A stretch of DNA of 64,000 nucleotides, from contig JAYNIM010000001.1 of NCBI GenBank assembly GCA_038109055.1, positions 199,045-263,044 of the forward strand. Reading direction: 5' to 3'. The first letter of the stretch is position 1. Each line of letters starts with the position of its first letter. This document shows, one piece after another, positions 21,403 to 31,544 of this stretch. The stretch comes from a bacterium (GTDB lineage: Bacteria > Margulisbacteria > Marinamargulisbacteria > GCA-2716485 > JAYNIM01). A model generated the notes under the pieces. That model saw nothing but the letters and a program-made list of their open reading frames with translations, made no database searches and was not told where the DNA came from. A program made the position numbers and the translations under genes.

Positions 21403-22021
21403 AATTCATCAATTAGCCCTTGGTCCTATGAAAAACTTTATTTATCTACTTCAAGATACTAATTCTTCTACAGCAGCCATTGTTGACCCGGCCTGGGATG
21501 CGACATCTATTATTTCTTTGCTTAAAAACTTAGAACTTGATTTGACGATGGTGTTGCTGACACATGGCCATTTTGATCATGTTAATGCGCTTGACGCTTT
21601 GTTAGATTATCGTAAGGTTCCGGTGTATATGAGTGATAAGGAACATGCCTCGTTGAGGCCTAGTGTTGTTAGCCATTTTGTTAAGGATTTGGAGCGTATT
21701 TCCCTTGGAGATTCTGAGTTACTATGTCTTCAAACGCCCGGTCATACACCTGGAGGCTTATGTTTTATTGCTGATGATACATATTTGATTGCGGGTGATA
21801 CCTTATTTATTGACGGTTGTGGACGCTGTGATTTTGCTAATAGTGATCCACAGGCTATGTATGCTAGTTTGCAGAGGGTTAAATCCTTGTCTTCAGATCT
21901 TGTTGTTTATCCAGGGCATGATTATGGGGATGAGCCTTATATGACCTTAGGTAAACAGTTGGGTAGAAATCCGTATTTGATGGTGGATTCTTTAGATGCC
22001 TTTCTTAAGATTAGAATGTAG
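21395..22021 (+). CDS. Metallo-beta-lactamase-fold hydrolase (glyoxalase II-like)
   Basis: THGHFDH, TPGHTPG, GDTLF..GCGR, PGHDY; AAGGAG RBS before ATG 21395. Confidence 0.88.
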   Translation: MLRIHQLALGPMKNFIYLLQDTNSSTAAIVDPAWDATSIISLLKNLELDLTMVLLTHGHFDHVNALDALLDYRKVPVYMSDKEHASLRPSVVSHFVKDLERISLGDSELLCLQTPGHTPGGLCFIADDTYLIAGDTLFIDGCGRCDFANSDPQAMYASLQRVKSLSSDLVVYPGHDYGDEPYMTLGKQLGRNPYLMVDSLDAFLKIRM

Positions 22022-22032
22022 TTGACGTGTAG

Positions 22033-22959
22033 ATGACAAAGAATTTCTGGAAGGACTTTAAATCCCCTATTATTGGTTTAGCTCCTATGGAGGGGTATTC
22101 AGATTCTGCTTTTAGGCAAGTGTGTAAAAAAATAAACCCTTCTATTGTGACATATACAGAATTTACATCTGCGGATGGTTTATTTCATAATGCGAAATCC
22201 GTTAAAAAAAAATTATCTTTTCTCCCTTCTGAACAGCCACTTATTGCGCAGATATTTGGGAAGGACATTAAGACCTTTATTTCGGCGGCTAAATTGTGTG
22301 AAGATTTAGGTTTTACTGGGTTGGATTTGAATATGGGTTGTCCCGCGAAAAAGGTTGTTCGATCTGAGCATGGTGTGGCCTTACGTAAAAATCATAGTTT
22401 GGCCTGTCGTTTAGTTGAGGCTGTTGCGACGAATTGTTCGTTGCCTATTTCTGTTAAAACACGTTTGGGCTGGTCTGATGCTAGTGATTTAATTTCTTTC
22501 TCTACCGCTGTAGAATCTGCGGGTGCAGATATGATTTGTATCCATGCAAGGACCTATCAAAACCCTTATGGTGTTCCAGCTAATTGGGAGCCTTTATATG
22601 AACTTAAAAAATCTTTACAAATTCCTCTTCTAGGAAATGGGGGCGTTTTAGATGTCCAGGATGGATTAGCTAAAATTAAGAATTTGGATGGTTTTTTGAT
22701 TGGACAAGCGTCATTTGGTAATCCTTGGGTATTTTCTGATGTATCTTCTCATTTATCTATCACGGATAAACTTCCTTTGATCTTATTTCATGCAGAGGCC
22801 TTGATTCGATCCAAAGGAGAGTTGGTCGGTTGTCGAGAAATCAGGAAGCATTTACTCAGTTATTGTCGTGGTTTTTCTGGCGCTAAGCAGTTGCGTAGTG
22901 CCTTGTGTCATGTGGCGTCTTTTCAAGATATTGTGTCTTGTTTAGATCAGATGGCCTAG
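22033..22959 (+). CDS. dus: tRNA-dihydrouridine synthase
   Basis: LAPMEG, QIFG, DLNMGCP, SVKTRLGW, IHAR, GNGG. Confidence 0.9.
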   Translation: MTKNFWKDFKSPIIGLAPMEGYSDSAFRQVCKKINPSIVTYTEFTSADGLFHNAKSVKKKLSFLPSEQPLIAQIFGKDIKTFISAAKLCEDLGFTGLDLNMGCPAKKVVRSEHGVALRKNHSLACRLVEAVATNCSLPISVKTRLGWSDASDLISFSTAVESAGADMICIHARTYQNPYGVPANWEPLYELKKSLQIPLLGNGGVLDVQDGLAKIKNLDGFLIGQASFGNPWVFSDVSSHLSITDKLPLILFHAEALIRSKGELVGCREIRKHLLSYCRGFSGAKQLRSALCHVASFQDIVSCLDQMA

Positions 22960-23087
22960 TTTTTTATTTTGTATATACTGTAATATTTTTTATAATCTTG
23001 TGACTTTTTAGATATGATTAATGTCTTTGTGCTTGATATTACTTTGTTTTATTTATATGTTTTATTTTTTCTCATAGTGGGTATTCT

Positions 23088-23861
23088 TTGTTTATGTCTA
23101 TACAAAACTTTCAGTTAATCCTTTATCGTTTTATTTCTACAGGTCGTTTAACCAAAGTAAGTATTGTTTTTAACCGTTTTATTATTATTTTGATTATGTT
23201 GAATATTTTTGCCTTTGCCTTAGAAACGGAACCTTCGTTGAGTCAATTTCTCCCTTTTTTGGCAGTGTTTGAATATGCTTCTCTTGTTATTTTTACGATT
23301 GAATATTTTTTGCGTTTATTTGTTTGTCGACAAGATCCAGTGTTTAAGGGGCGTTTTGGTTATATTCGTTATTTTTTTTCTTTTCATGCGCTGATTGACT
23401 TATTGGCTCTTTTACCTTTTTATATTCCTTTTATTATGCATTTGGATTTTCGAGCTTTGCGTGTTTTTCGATTATTGCGTTTATTGCAATTGTTTAAACT
23501 GGAAAAGTATATGATGGCTTCTTCACGTTTATCTAAAAGTTTTTCTAATCGAAAAGAGGAGTTATTTATTACAGCTTTTTTATCGATGATGATTTTGTTA
23601 ATTTTGTCTATTGTTATGTATTATGTTGAAGGCTCTGTGCAACCCGAAAAGTTTTCTAGTGTTAGTGCTTCTTTATGGTGGGCGATTTCTACTTTAACTA
23701 CGATTGGTTATGGAGATATTTATCCTATGACGGGGCTTGGTCGATTTATTTCTGGAATTGTTGCAATGATGGGTATTGGTCTTATTATGTTGCCGACGAG
23801 TATTTTTGGTGCCTCTTTAGTCGAACATATTTCTCATAAAGATACACCTAAAGATTCATAG
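23088..23861 (+). CDS. Voltage-gated potassium-channel-like ion transporter
   Basis: Arg-rich S4 RALRVFRLLRLLQ; pore WWAISTLTTIGYGDIYP. Confidence 0.88.
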   Translation: MFMSIQNFQLILYRFISTGRLTKVSIVFNRFIIILIMLNIFAFALETEPSLSQFLPFLAVFEYASLVIFTIEYFLRLFVCRQDPVFKGRFGYIRYFFSFHALIDLLALLPFYIPFIMHLDFRALRVFRLLRLLQLFKLEKYMMASSRLSKSFSNRKEELFITAFLSMMILLILSIVMYYVEGSVQPEKFSSVSASLWWAISTLTTIGYGDIYPMTGLGRFISGIVAMMGIGLIMLPTSIFGASLVEHISHKDTPKDS

Positions 23862-23929
23862 TTTATATAGTTGTTTGGTAGATGATTTCTATGTTTTTAT
23901 TTTAATTTCCCAGTTATAATTAGTTTGTT

Positions 23930-24658
23930 GTGAAATTTTTAGAATTGGTTCCACGTGATTTAGATGATTTATTAATCCTTTCTAAGTTAGCGGTTGATCA
24001 GTATTCTTTTGAAGGTATCAATATTCCAGATGTACAGCGTTTGTCTATACGGAGTCATGAGGCGGCTGCTTATTTATTGAAACATAATCTTGATGCTATT
24101 CCTCATTTACGTTGTGTGTCTGCATCTATTGATACGCTTTTAGATATTGTGTCTTCATTGGTTGATTTAGGTCTTTCTAAAGTTTTAGTTGTTAATGGTG
24201 ATATACCTCAGGTTCTTGAACAAACGTTTGATAATACATCCCTTTTTGTTATTGAGGCTATTAAGGAAAAATTTTCTGACATTGTAGTTTATGCGGCTCT
24301 AGATCCGTATCGTCAAAATTTTAAAAGGGAATTGCTGTATTGTGAACAGAAAATAAACGCTGGTGCAGATGGTTTTTTTAGTCAGCCTTTTTTTGATAGT
24401 CATCTAGCCGCTATATATTTAGATCAATTTCGAGACGCTTCTTTTTTTATAGGATCTTCGCCGGTTTTAACAGATAAATCATATCAGTATTGGCGAAATC
24501 GTAATCACGTTTTTTTTCCTTCTGATTTCGAGTTAACATTGGATTTTAACATCAAATTAGCGAAAGACTTGATTTCTTTAGTAGACTCATTTAAACAACA
24601 TATTTATTTGATGCCTATATTGATGGATCCTTTATCTTATATGAAGGCTTTAGATTAG
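23930..24658 (+). CDS. metF: Methylenetetrahydrofolate reductase-like protein (short form)
   Basis: ELVPR, IPHLRC, VLVVNGD, KINAGADGFFSQPFFD. Confidence 0.7.
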   Translation: MKFLELVPRDLDDLLILSKLAVDQYSFEGINIPDVQRLSIRSHEAAAYLLKHNLDAIPHLRCVSASIDTLLDIVSSLVDLGLSKVLVVNGDIPQVLEQTFDNTSLFVIEAIKEKFSDIVVYAALDPYRQNFKRELLYCEQKINAGADGFFSQPFFDSHLAAIYLDQFRDASFFIGSSPVLTDKSYQYWRNRNHVFFPSDFELTLDFNIKLAKDLISLVDSFKQHIYLMPILMDPLSYMKALD

Positions 24659-25458
24659 TCTTTAATTTTGGATATGAGTGTGGCTTCTTCTTTTGAGATA
24701 GCTACGCAATGTTGACCACAATCAACATGTAAGGTTTCTCCGTTTACTCCCGTTGATAAATCAGATACTAGGTACAGCGCAGTATCGCCTATTTCTTTTA
24801 ATTTTACGTTCCTTTGATAGGGGCTTCTATATTTGTCGATATTTAAAAGAATGTTAAAGCCTGCTATGCCTTTTGCTGCAAGTGTTTTCACAGGTCCTGC
24901 TGATAATGCATTAACGCGTATTTCGTTTTGTCCTAATTCATTGGCTAAATATCTGACGGATGCTTCCAGTGCGGCTTTTGCTACGCCCATTATATTATAG
25001 TGAGGAACATATTTCTCACTTCCTATATATGATAATGCAATTATGGATGCATGTTTATTTAATAAAGGTTTTGCATGTCTTGTTATTGCCACTAATGAAT
25101 ATGCACTTACACTCATTGCTAGATTCCAGCCCTCATGACTTGTGTCAGAAAAGTTTCCTGATAAATCTTCCTTGTTGGCAAAAGCGACAGAATGTATGAC
25201 GAAATCACAGTCATTATATATTTTCTTATATTCTTTAAACGTATTTTCTATATCTTTTTCTTTTGTTACGTCACATTCTATAAGTAGTTTTGCATTCATT
25301 TCTTTAGCTAAGGGTTCTACTCTTGGTTTCATTACGTCATTTGCATAGGTAAAGGCTATTTCTGCGCCTTGTTCATGAAGAGATTTTGCGATTGCGTAAG
25401 CTATACCAAATTTGTTACTGACTCCAAATATAATCCCTTTTTTGTTTTTTAATAACAT
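24655..25458 (-). CDS. fabI: Enoyl-ACP reductase (NADH)
   Basis: HSVAFA, SAYSL, YNIMGVAKAALEASVRYLA, SAGPVKTLAA. Confidence 0.95.
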   Translation of the reverse strand: MLLKNKKGIIFGVSNKFGIAYAIAKSLHEQGAEIAFTYANDVMKPRVEPLAKEMNAKLLIECDVTKEKDIENTFKEYKKIYNDCDFVIHSVAFANKEDLSGNFSDTSHEGWNLAMSVSAYSLVAITRHAKPLLNKHASIIALSYIGSEKYVPHYNIMGVAKAALEASVRYLANELGQNEIRVNALSAGPVKTLAAKGIAGFNILLNIDKYRSPYQRNVKLKEIGDTALYLVSDLSTGVNGETLHVDCGQHCVAISKEEATLISKIKD

Positions 25459-25563
25459 ATGAGGCTCCTTGCTAATAATCTTAGAATTATATTAATATGT
25501 TATTAATTTTTCCAGTCTTAAATCGTTTTTTTTTTAGACATATTATTTTTATCGTTATAATGT

Positions 25564-27417
25564 ATGGTAATGGATGATAAGCAATTACGTCGTTTTAAAC
25601 GTAGACCCTTACTTGTTTATGATGGCCTTTGTTTTTTTTGTTGTCGTTGTGTTTCTTTCGTTAGGCGTTTCATTTCTGCAAAGCTTTATTTTGAGCCTTA
25701 TCAATCTTTAAAAGGTGTTTTTGATGATGATACAGAGGCAGATTTTAGACGAAATTTACATATATTTACTGAGGATTTTAAAGTATATAAAGGTGCGGCA
25801 GCTGTTTTTTATGTTATATCTTTGGCGGATAATTATTTAAAGTTTTTATGGTATTTATATCAGAAATTTAGTTTATTCCGTTTTGCATCTGAGAAATTTT
25901 ACGAGATTGTTTCTAGGAATCGACGTATTATTAGTCGACTTTATAAACGTCATTCTGAGACGTCTTATTTTTATGTTTCTCGTTTGTTTTTACAGCTGCT
26001 AGGCCTGGTTTATTTTGTTGCTTTTTTGTCATTATTATTAGAAATAAAAGGATTGTATGGGGCTTCTGGTATTTTGCCTTTTGATATGTTGTTTAAGTGG
26101 TATAGGTTTCATTTTGGTGCGTATAATTTTTTAGAGATTCCGAGTTTATTTTGGTTTATAAATAGTAATACGTTTCTTCTGCTAGTTTGCTGGGTATCAT
26201 TATGTTTGTCTCTGATGTTATTTTTGGGTTTTTTACCCCTTTTTTCTTCTTTTTTTCTATGGGTTTTTTATCTTTCATTCGTGAGTGCAGGTCAGGTATT
26301 TTTACGTTTTCAATGGGATGTATTATTGTTGGAAGTAGGTTTTTTAGCTCTGTTTTTGGCTCCTTTTCGTTTAAGTTTATTCTCTAAATATCATATTAAA
26401 CCGTCACGTGTTCTTATCTTCTTGTTTCAATTTCTTTTATTCAGAGTCGTTTTTTGTTCTGGGTTGGTTAAACTATTTAGTGGAGATTCTAGTTGGTTGG
26501 ATTTTTCGGCGCTCAATTATCATTTTATAACGCAGCCTTTACCCACCTTTTTTTCTTGGTTTTTTGCTTATTTACCTGAGTGGAGTTTGAAGTTGCTATG
26601 TATCTTTGTGCTTTTTATTGAATTGTTGATTCCTTGGTTTATTTTTTTACCAGGTAGATTTAAGAGAATTGCATTTTATTTTATTAATATGCTGATGGTA
26701 GGTATCATTATTTCTGGGAATTATTGTTTTTTTAATTTTCTTATTATGGCAATGACACTTTTTTTATTAGAAGAAAGACATATAATTTTTCTTTATCGTT
26801 TCTTAAGAATTGACCTCATCACCTATAAGCCCCATTTTATTTTTCAAGTTTATTGGAAGAAATTATTGTTTTTATCTTTTTTCCTTTCTTTTTTTCTTGC
26901 TTCTTTTGTCTTAGATTTTCAACGTTTTGTTCCTTTTATATCAACTTTATCTGTCCCCTTTCAGCATATTGCTAAACGTTTTTATTTGATCAATTCATAT
27001 GGGTTGTTTTCAGTCATGACTAAGAATCGATATGAGTTGGATATTCAGGCAACCTTTGATGGTGTTCATTGGCAATCATATATTTTTAACTATAAACCAA
27101 ACACAGTGTATGATTTTCCTTCGTTTGTTATCCCTTTTCAGCCTCGGCTAGATTGGCAAATGTGGTTTGCTGCTTTGGGCGAATATGACCATACACCCTG
27201 GATGTCTTATTTTGTTATGGCTTTATTTCAACAACGTAGGGATGTTTTATCTTTGTTAAATCTCCCTCAAGATCCTTTTCTTACTAGGCCCCCTTTGGCA
27301 ATTCGCATTTTACGCTATCGTTATACCTTTTCAGATTGGAATAAGCTAAAGGATGGTCTTTTTTGGGATAAAAAATTTCATGATATTTACTTGGAAGCTG
27401 TCATGCCTGTTAAGTAA
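25564..27417 (+). CDS. DCC1-like thiol-disulfide oxidoreductase domain fused to lipase maturation factor (LMF) family membrane protein
   Basis: N-terminal VYDGLCFFC; LMF motifs GQVFLRFQWDVLLLEVGFL, TQPLP, NSYGLF, QPRLDWQMWFAAL. Confidence 0.82.
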   Translation: MVMDDKQLRRFKRRPLLVYDGLCFFCCRCVSFVRRFISAKLYFEPYQSLKGVFDDDTEADFRRNLHIFTEDFKVYKGAAAVFYVISLADNYLKFLWYLYQKFSLFRFASEKFYEIVSRNRRIISRLYKRHSETSYFYVSRLFLQLLGLVYFVAFLSLLLEIKGLYGASGILPFDMLFKWYRFHFGAYNFLEIPSLFWFINSNTFLLLVCWVSLCLSLMLFLGFLPLFSSFFLWVFYLSFVSAGQVFLRFQWDVLLLEVGFLALFLAPFRLSLFSKYHIKPSRVLIFLFQFLLFRVVFCSGLVKLFSGDSSWLDFSALNYHFITQPLPTFFSWFFAYLPEWSLKLLCIFVLFIELLIPWFIFLPGRFKRIAFYFINMLMVGIIISGNYCFFNFLIMAMTLFLLEERHIIFLYRFLRIDLITYKPHFIFQVYWKKLLFLSFFLSFFLASFVLDFQRFVPFISTLSVPFQHIAKRFYLINSYGLFSVMTKNRYELDIQATFDGVHWQSYIFNYKPNTVYDFPSFVIPFQPRLDWQMWFAALGEYDHTPWMSYFVMALFQQRRDVLSLLNLPQDPFLTRPPLAIRILRYRYTFSDWNKLKDGLFWDKKFHDIYLEAVMPVK

Positions 27418-28006
27418 TTTACAGTTTAATTCTTGTATTTCTGCTCCTGTAGAAATTAGTTTTAGATCCTTATTTTCTGAACGTCTTCTTATTGTCGTCA
27501 ACTTATTACCTATAGCTTCTACGTCTTTCACAGATAGGATTTCTAGTGGTAAATTGGTCTTTAAGCAAAATGATTTTTTCTTCAATTTCTGGGTTTATTT
27601 AATAATATGTGACATAATTTCTTTTAATTTTTAATTTTAGAAGTTGAGCTTGCATTGTTTTCCCCAGTTCCGATTTACAGCTTTTTTTCAAAACAATTTC
27701 GATGTTTTTAGTTCCGTTGCGGATGTCGATGACCAATTTAATTTTATTTCTGATTCTGGATAGCTTTTTTTCGCATAAAACTATCAGCCTCAGGCTGGTG
27801 AATTTTATTTTTTGAATCGGGAGTTATACTTAAACCATTCTTTGTATACACTATAGTGCCACTGAATTTTCATAGTCATAGCACCTGTAATGGCAGCAAA
27901 CACCGCAGTTATAGATTTATCTAGATGGACTAGTCCAAGACAAAATTAACTAGTGACTAGATTTTGTATACTCATACCCATTATTACCGTTTTTGTATTT
28001 TTTCCA

Positions 28007-28213
28007 TTATAGTTTCTTGTTACATTGTATCCTTATTATCCGTGTTTTAATTCTTAATGACTTATCAGAAGATAATTCTATCCTGCTATTAATGAGCATA
28101 TTAATCAACATATCTCCGGGTCTTGCATTAACGGCTATTTTTCTCTTATGACTATTCGTTAAGGGTACAGTATCGTCAGAGAATTGTTCTAACGACATAT
28201 CTCTATATTTCAT
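28007..28213 (-). other. Short ORF in a decayed region, possibly a gene fragment
   Basis: 68-aa ORF with no recognisable motif. Confidence 0.25.
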
Positions 28214-28479
28214 GTTTTTTTACGACTAAATAAGCTGAGGATGCTGATGTATGTGATTTAGAGCTAGTTAGTTTGCTGTTTTTTCGCAGGGGGGTAATAG
28301 AAAATTGTACATGTTTTAATATCCCTTACATAGTTCGGTGTATTGCTAAATATTCATGTTAGTGAAAATAGTTTAAATATAATCTTATTCATAATAAGTT
28401 GCTAGATGTGAAAATGAAGATATGCTGAGGCCTTTAAGAATACTTTATGCTCCTAAGATTATTCAAAATACTACATACG

Positions 28480-28800
28480 ACTATAAAAAATACTGTACAT
28501 AAGATATATCCGTTAGATCGGCCTAATCAAGAATGGTGTGCGAATATCACCAAAATTCAAATGCGAGGAGGATTCCTGCATCTAGTGGGAGTGCTAGATT
28601 GGTATAGATCCTATGTGTTAAGTTGGGAATTATCAAATAGTAAGTAGCGGTGGTTTTGTTTGTGTGTCCCGAATGCTGCGCTTGCCTATGAGAAGCCTGT
28701 GATATTCAGTATGGATCAAGGCTCACAGTTTAGTAGGGATGATTTCACAAATGTTCTTCAATCACGCCATATTGATATTTTTATGGAAAGACGATATGTC
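28480..28800 (+). mobile_element. IS3-family transposase (OrfB integrase core) pseudogene remnant
   Basis: RPNQEWCANITKIQMRGGFLHLVGVLDWYRSYVLSWELSNS* then KPVIFSMDQGSQFS matches IS3 PNQVWxxDITY..WYSRxVLSW..IFNTDQGSQF; first catalytic D is N, internal stop, truncated. Confidence 0.85.
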
Positions 28801-28813
28801 AAAAAGCAAGATG

Positions 28814-28890
28814 TGGTGGGCCCACTAGGACTTGAACCTAGGACCTGCCGGTTATGAGCCGGACGCTCTGACCAACTGAGCTATGGGCCC
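28814..28890 (-). tRNA. tRNA with CAT anticodon, most likely tRNA-Ile2 (lysidine type)
   Basis: GGGCCCATAGCTCAGTTGGTCAGAGCGTCCGGCTCATAACCGG..GTTCAAGTCC..GGGCCCACCA; G1:C72 pair excludes the initiator; resembles Ile2 more than elongator Met. Confidence 0.88.
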
Positions 28891-28900
28891 CACGTAAGTA

Positions 28901-29833
28901 TTATAGAAAATCTTTTAAAACTTTACTATGTTCTGTCTGTCTTAATTTTTCTAATGCTTTACTTTCTATTTGTCTTATACGTTCTCTTGTGACCATGTAG
29001 ATTTTACCCACTTCTTCAAGTGTACGCTGTATACCGTCTTCAAGTCCGTAGCGTAATTTTAATATGTTACCTTCTCTTTTGCTAAGATGATTCAGTAATA
29101 ATTTTATCTTCTCTTTCAATTCTGCGTTAAATATTTTATATTCTTGTGGAACTTGTTTTTTATCTTCTACAAAGTCTCCTAAAGAACCTGTTTCATCTTT
29201 CATTAAGTTGTCTAAAGACATAGGTATTTGTGAAATTAAGATGATCTCTTTTACTTTTTCAATTGAGATTTTCATTTCTTCTGCGATTTCTTTATTACTT
29301 GGTTTTCTATTTAATTTTGTGAATAACATTTTTGATACATTTCGTACTTTATTAATTGTTTCAACCATATGTACAGGTATTCGTATTGTTCTTGAGTGAT
29401 CAGCAACTGCTCTTGTTATTGCTTGTCTTATCCACCAAGTGGCGTAAGTTGAAAATTTGAATCCTTTTTTGTAATCAAACTTTTCTACTGCTTTTATTAG
29501 ACCTACATTCCCTTCTTGTATTAAATCTAGAAATAGTATCCCTCTCCCTGTATATTTTTTTGCGATTGAAACGACGAGTCTTAAATTTGAATTTACTAAC
29601 CTTTGTTTTGCAATTTCTGAGCCTTCTTCAATTTCTTTTGCTAACTTGAATTCTTGGTCTTTACTTAGCAGTTTTGTTTTACCTATTTCTAATAGGTAGA
29701 GTTTTACAACATCATCTAAGTTATGACTGTTTTTTTTTGTTAGTATGTTTTGAATACTTAGTTGAGTTTCTAGGTTTGTTTCGCTAGTTTCTGTGTATGT
29801 TTCGTCAAGCTCTGTAATTGTCATTTCATTCAT
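28901..29833 (-). CDS. rpoD: RpoD/SigA-type sigma-70 factor (copy 2, in dnaG operon, short N-terminus)
   Basis: [59 protein letters not shown]. Confidence 0.9.
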   Translation of the reverse strand: MNEMTITELDETYTETSETNLETQLSIQNILTKKNSHNLDDVVKLYLLEIGKTKLLSKDQEFKLAKEIEEGSEIAKQRLVNSNLRLVVSIAKKYTGRGILFLDLIQEGNVGLIKAVEKFDYKKGFKFSTYATWWIRQAITRAVADHSRTIRIPVHMVETINKVRNVSKMLFTKLNRKPSNKEIAEEMKISIEKVKEIILISQIPMSLDNLMKDETGSLGDFVEDKKQVPQEYKIFNAELKEKIKLLLNHLSKREGNILKLRYGLEDGIQRTLEEVGKIYMVTRERIRQIESKALEKLRQTEHSKVLKDFL

Positions 29834-31544
29834 TAGCTATACTCCTTAAAGTTAAATTTTTGAAATATTCTTGACTTTGTGTCTCTTTGTTCTCTCTTTC
29901 TGATTTTTTAAGGCTGATTATAATATTTTTTCTTTCTTCTTTCTCTTTTTTTGTTTGTATAACATGTAGGGCTGTTTCTATATGAAATATGGAGTTATTT
30001 TCTGTATCTATTAATATATTTGATAAAATATTTCTTTGTTTTTTATCTTTGATCGATTGCAATAATCTTTCATTTGTTTCATTTATTGGAATGATTGTTT
30101 TGATTAAATTAATATACTCAATCTTCTGGAAATCTTCAATAGTTAAATGAGTTAAAATTGTTTGTTTAGCATGAAGATTACTTGCTATTTGTTGAATCAA
30201 ATATTCTATTGCCTTCTCATATTTAGATTTTATTAAAGTGATATTTTTGCTGTTATGATTATATATAGTCTGTTCTTTTTTATGTCGTTTAAGTAATAAG
30301 GTTTCGTCAGTTTTTAGTTGAAGACTAATTTTTTTTAAATATTCTTTTTTAAGGATTTCATCTTTTTCTTTATCTAAAAAATATAGCAATGTATCGATTG
30401 TTTTTGTTAATTCTACAGGATTTTTTTGTAAGTCTTTTTGCGTCGCTTCTGATATTTTATGATCTAGAAATAAAGTGGCATTGTTAATTTGTGTTTTAAA
30501 TTCTTCAGTTGATTTTTCTTGTAGGTAATCTGCAGGATCTTTTTTATCTAATTTTACAATATAGGTCTTAATTTCAAATTCGCTAAGTAATTCATAACTT
30601 TTATCGCAGGCCTTTTTTCCAGCTTCATCATTATCTAAGATTAATGTAACCTCATTTGTATATCTTTTTAATAACTGACATTGAAATGATGTTAAGGCTG
30701 TCCCCATTATTCCTATGCAATTTCTAATCTCATGTTGATGGCACATCATGACATCCATATACCCTTCTACGATAATGGCATGATTTTCTTTTTTTATGAT
30801 CTGTTTTGCTTTGTCTATGCCATAAAGTAAATGCCGTTTGTTGAATAAGGGACTCTCTGCTGAGTTTATATATTTTGCTTGATTTTCATTTTTTGTTAGT
30901 ATTCTACCTGAAAACCCGAGTGTTTGTCCTTGTGTATTTGTAATCGGGATAATCAGTCGATCTTTAAATCTAGAAAAGTTCCCTTTTTCGGTAAAAATAC
31001 ATAATGCTGATTCTTTAATTTCCTTTTCATTAAACCCTTTGTTATTTAAGTATTCTGTTAGATTTTCTGTATTATCTAAGCCAATTGAAAACTGTTCAAG
31101 GGTCTCTTTTGTTAACCCTCTATTTTTAAGATATTCTTGAGTTCTTATATTTGTTTTTAGATTAGATATACAATGTGTTTTATATATTTCTAGTAAACTT
31201 TTTTGTCTTTCTTTTTCTTCTCTTTCTTTTTTTAAATGTGGATTTTCTTCAATTTCTATAATGGGTATATTCGCTTTATTTGCCAACTCTTTTATTGCTT
31301 CTATAAAGGTTAGTTGGTCTATTTTCATCACAAAGGAAATGAGATCTCCAGATTCGTGGCATCCAAAGCAATGCCAGAATCCTTTATTGTTGCTAACAGT
31401 GAATGAAGGGGTTTTTTCTGAATGAAATGGACAGAGGCCAATGTGGTTTTGGCCTCTTTTTTTTAGTTGAATATATGATCCGATGAAACTTGCAATATCC
31501 TTTATTTGTTTTACAACTTGGATGGTTTCATCGGATATCTTCAT
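29826..31544 (-). CDS. dnaG: DNA primase
   Basis: [15 protein letters not shown] zinc finger, KYINS, VEGYMDV, DNDEAG, KDPAD. Confidence 0.96.
   Translation of the reverse strand: MKISDETIQVVKQIKDIASFIGSYIQLKKRGQNHIGLCPFHSEKTPSFTVSNNKGFWHCFGCHESGDLISFVMKIDQLTFIEAIKELANKANIPIIEIEENPHLKKEREEKERQKSLLEIYKTHCISNLKTNIRTQEYLKNRGLTKETLEQFSIGLDNTENLTEYLNNKGFNEKEIKESALCIFTEKGNFSRFKDRLIIPITNTQGQTLGFSGRILTKNENQAKYINSAESPLFNKRHLLYGIDKAKQIIKKENHAIIVEGYMDVMMCHQHEIRNCIGIMGTALTSFQCQLLKRYTNEVTLILDNDEAGKKACDKSYELLSEFEIKTYIVKLDKKDPADYLQEKSTEEFKTQINNATLFLDHKISEATQKDLQKNPVELTKTIDTLLYFLDKEKDEILKKEYLKKISLQLKTDETLLLKRHKKEQTIYNHNSKNITLIKSKYEKAIEYLIQQIASNLHAKQTILTHLTIEDFQKIEYINLIKTIIPINETNERLLQSIKDKKQRNILSNILIDTENNSIFHIETALHVIQTKKEKEERKNIIISLKKSERENKETQSQEYFKNLTLRSIANE

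Noticed and set aside
27640..27680. Minus-strand ELGKTMQA resembling SNF2 helicase motif I
   Set aside because: No other helicase motifs nearby; too short to support a call
28800..28857. C-terminus of the 65-aa ORF 28660-28857
   Set aside because: It reads into the antisense of the tRNA; only the IS3-like part is meaningful
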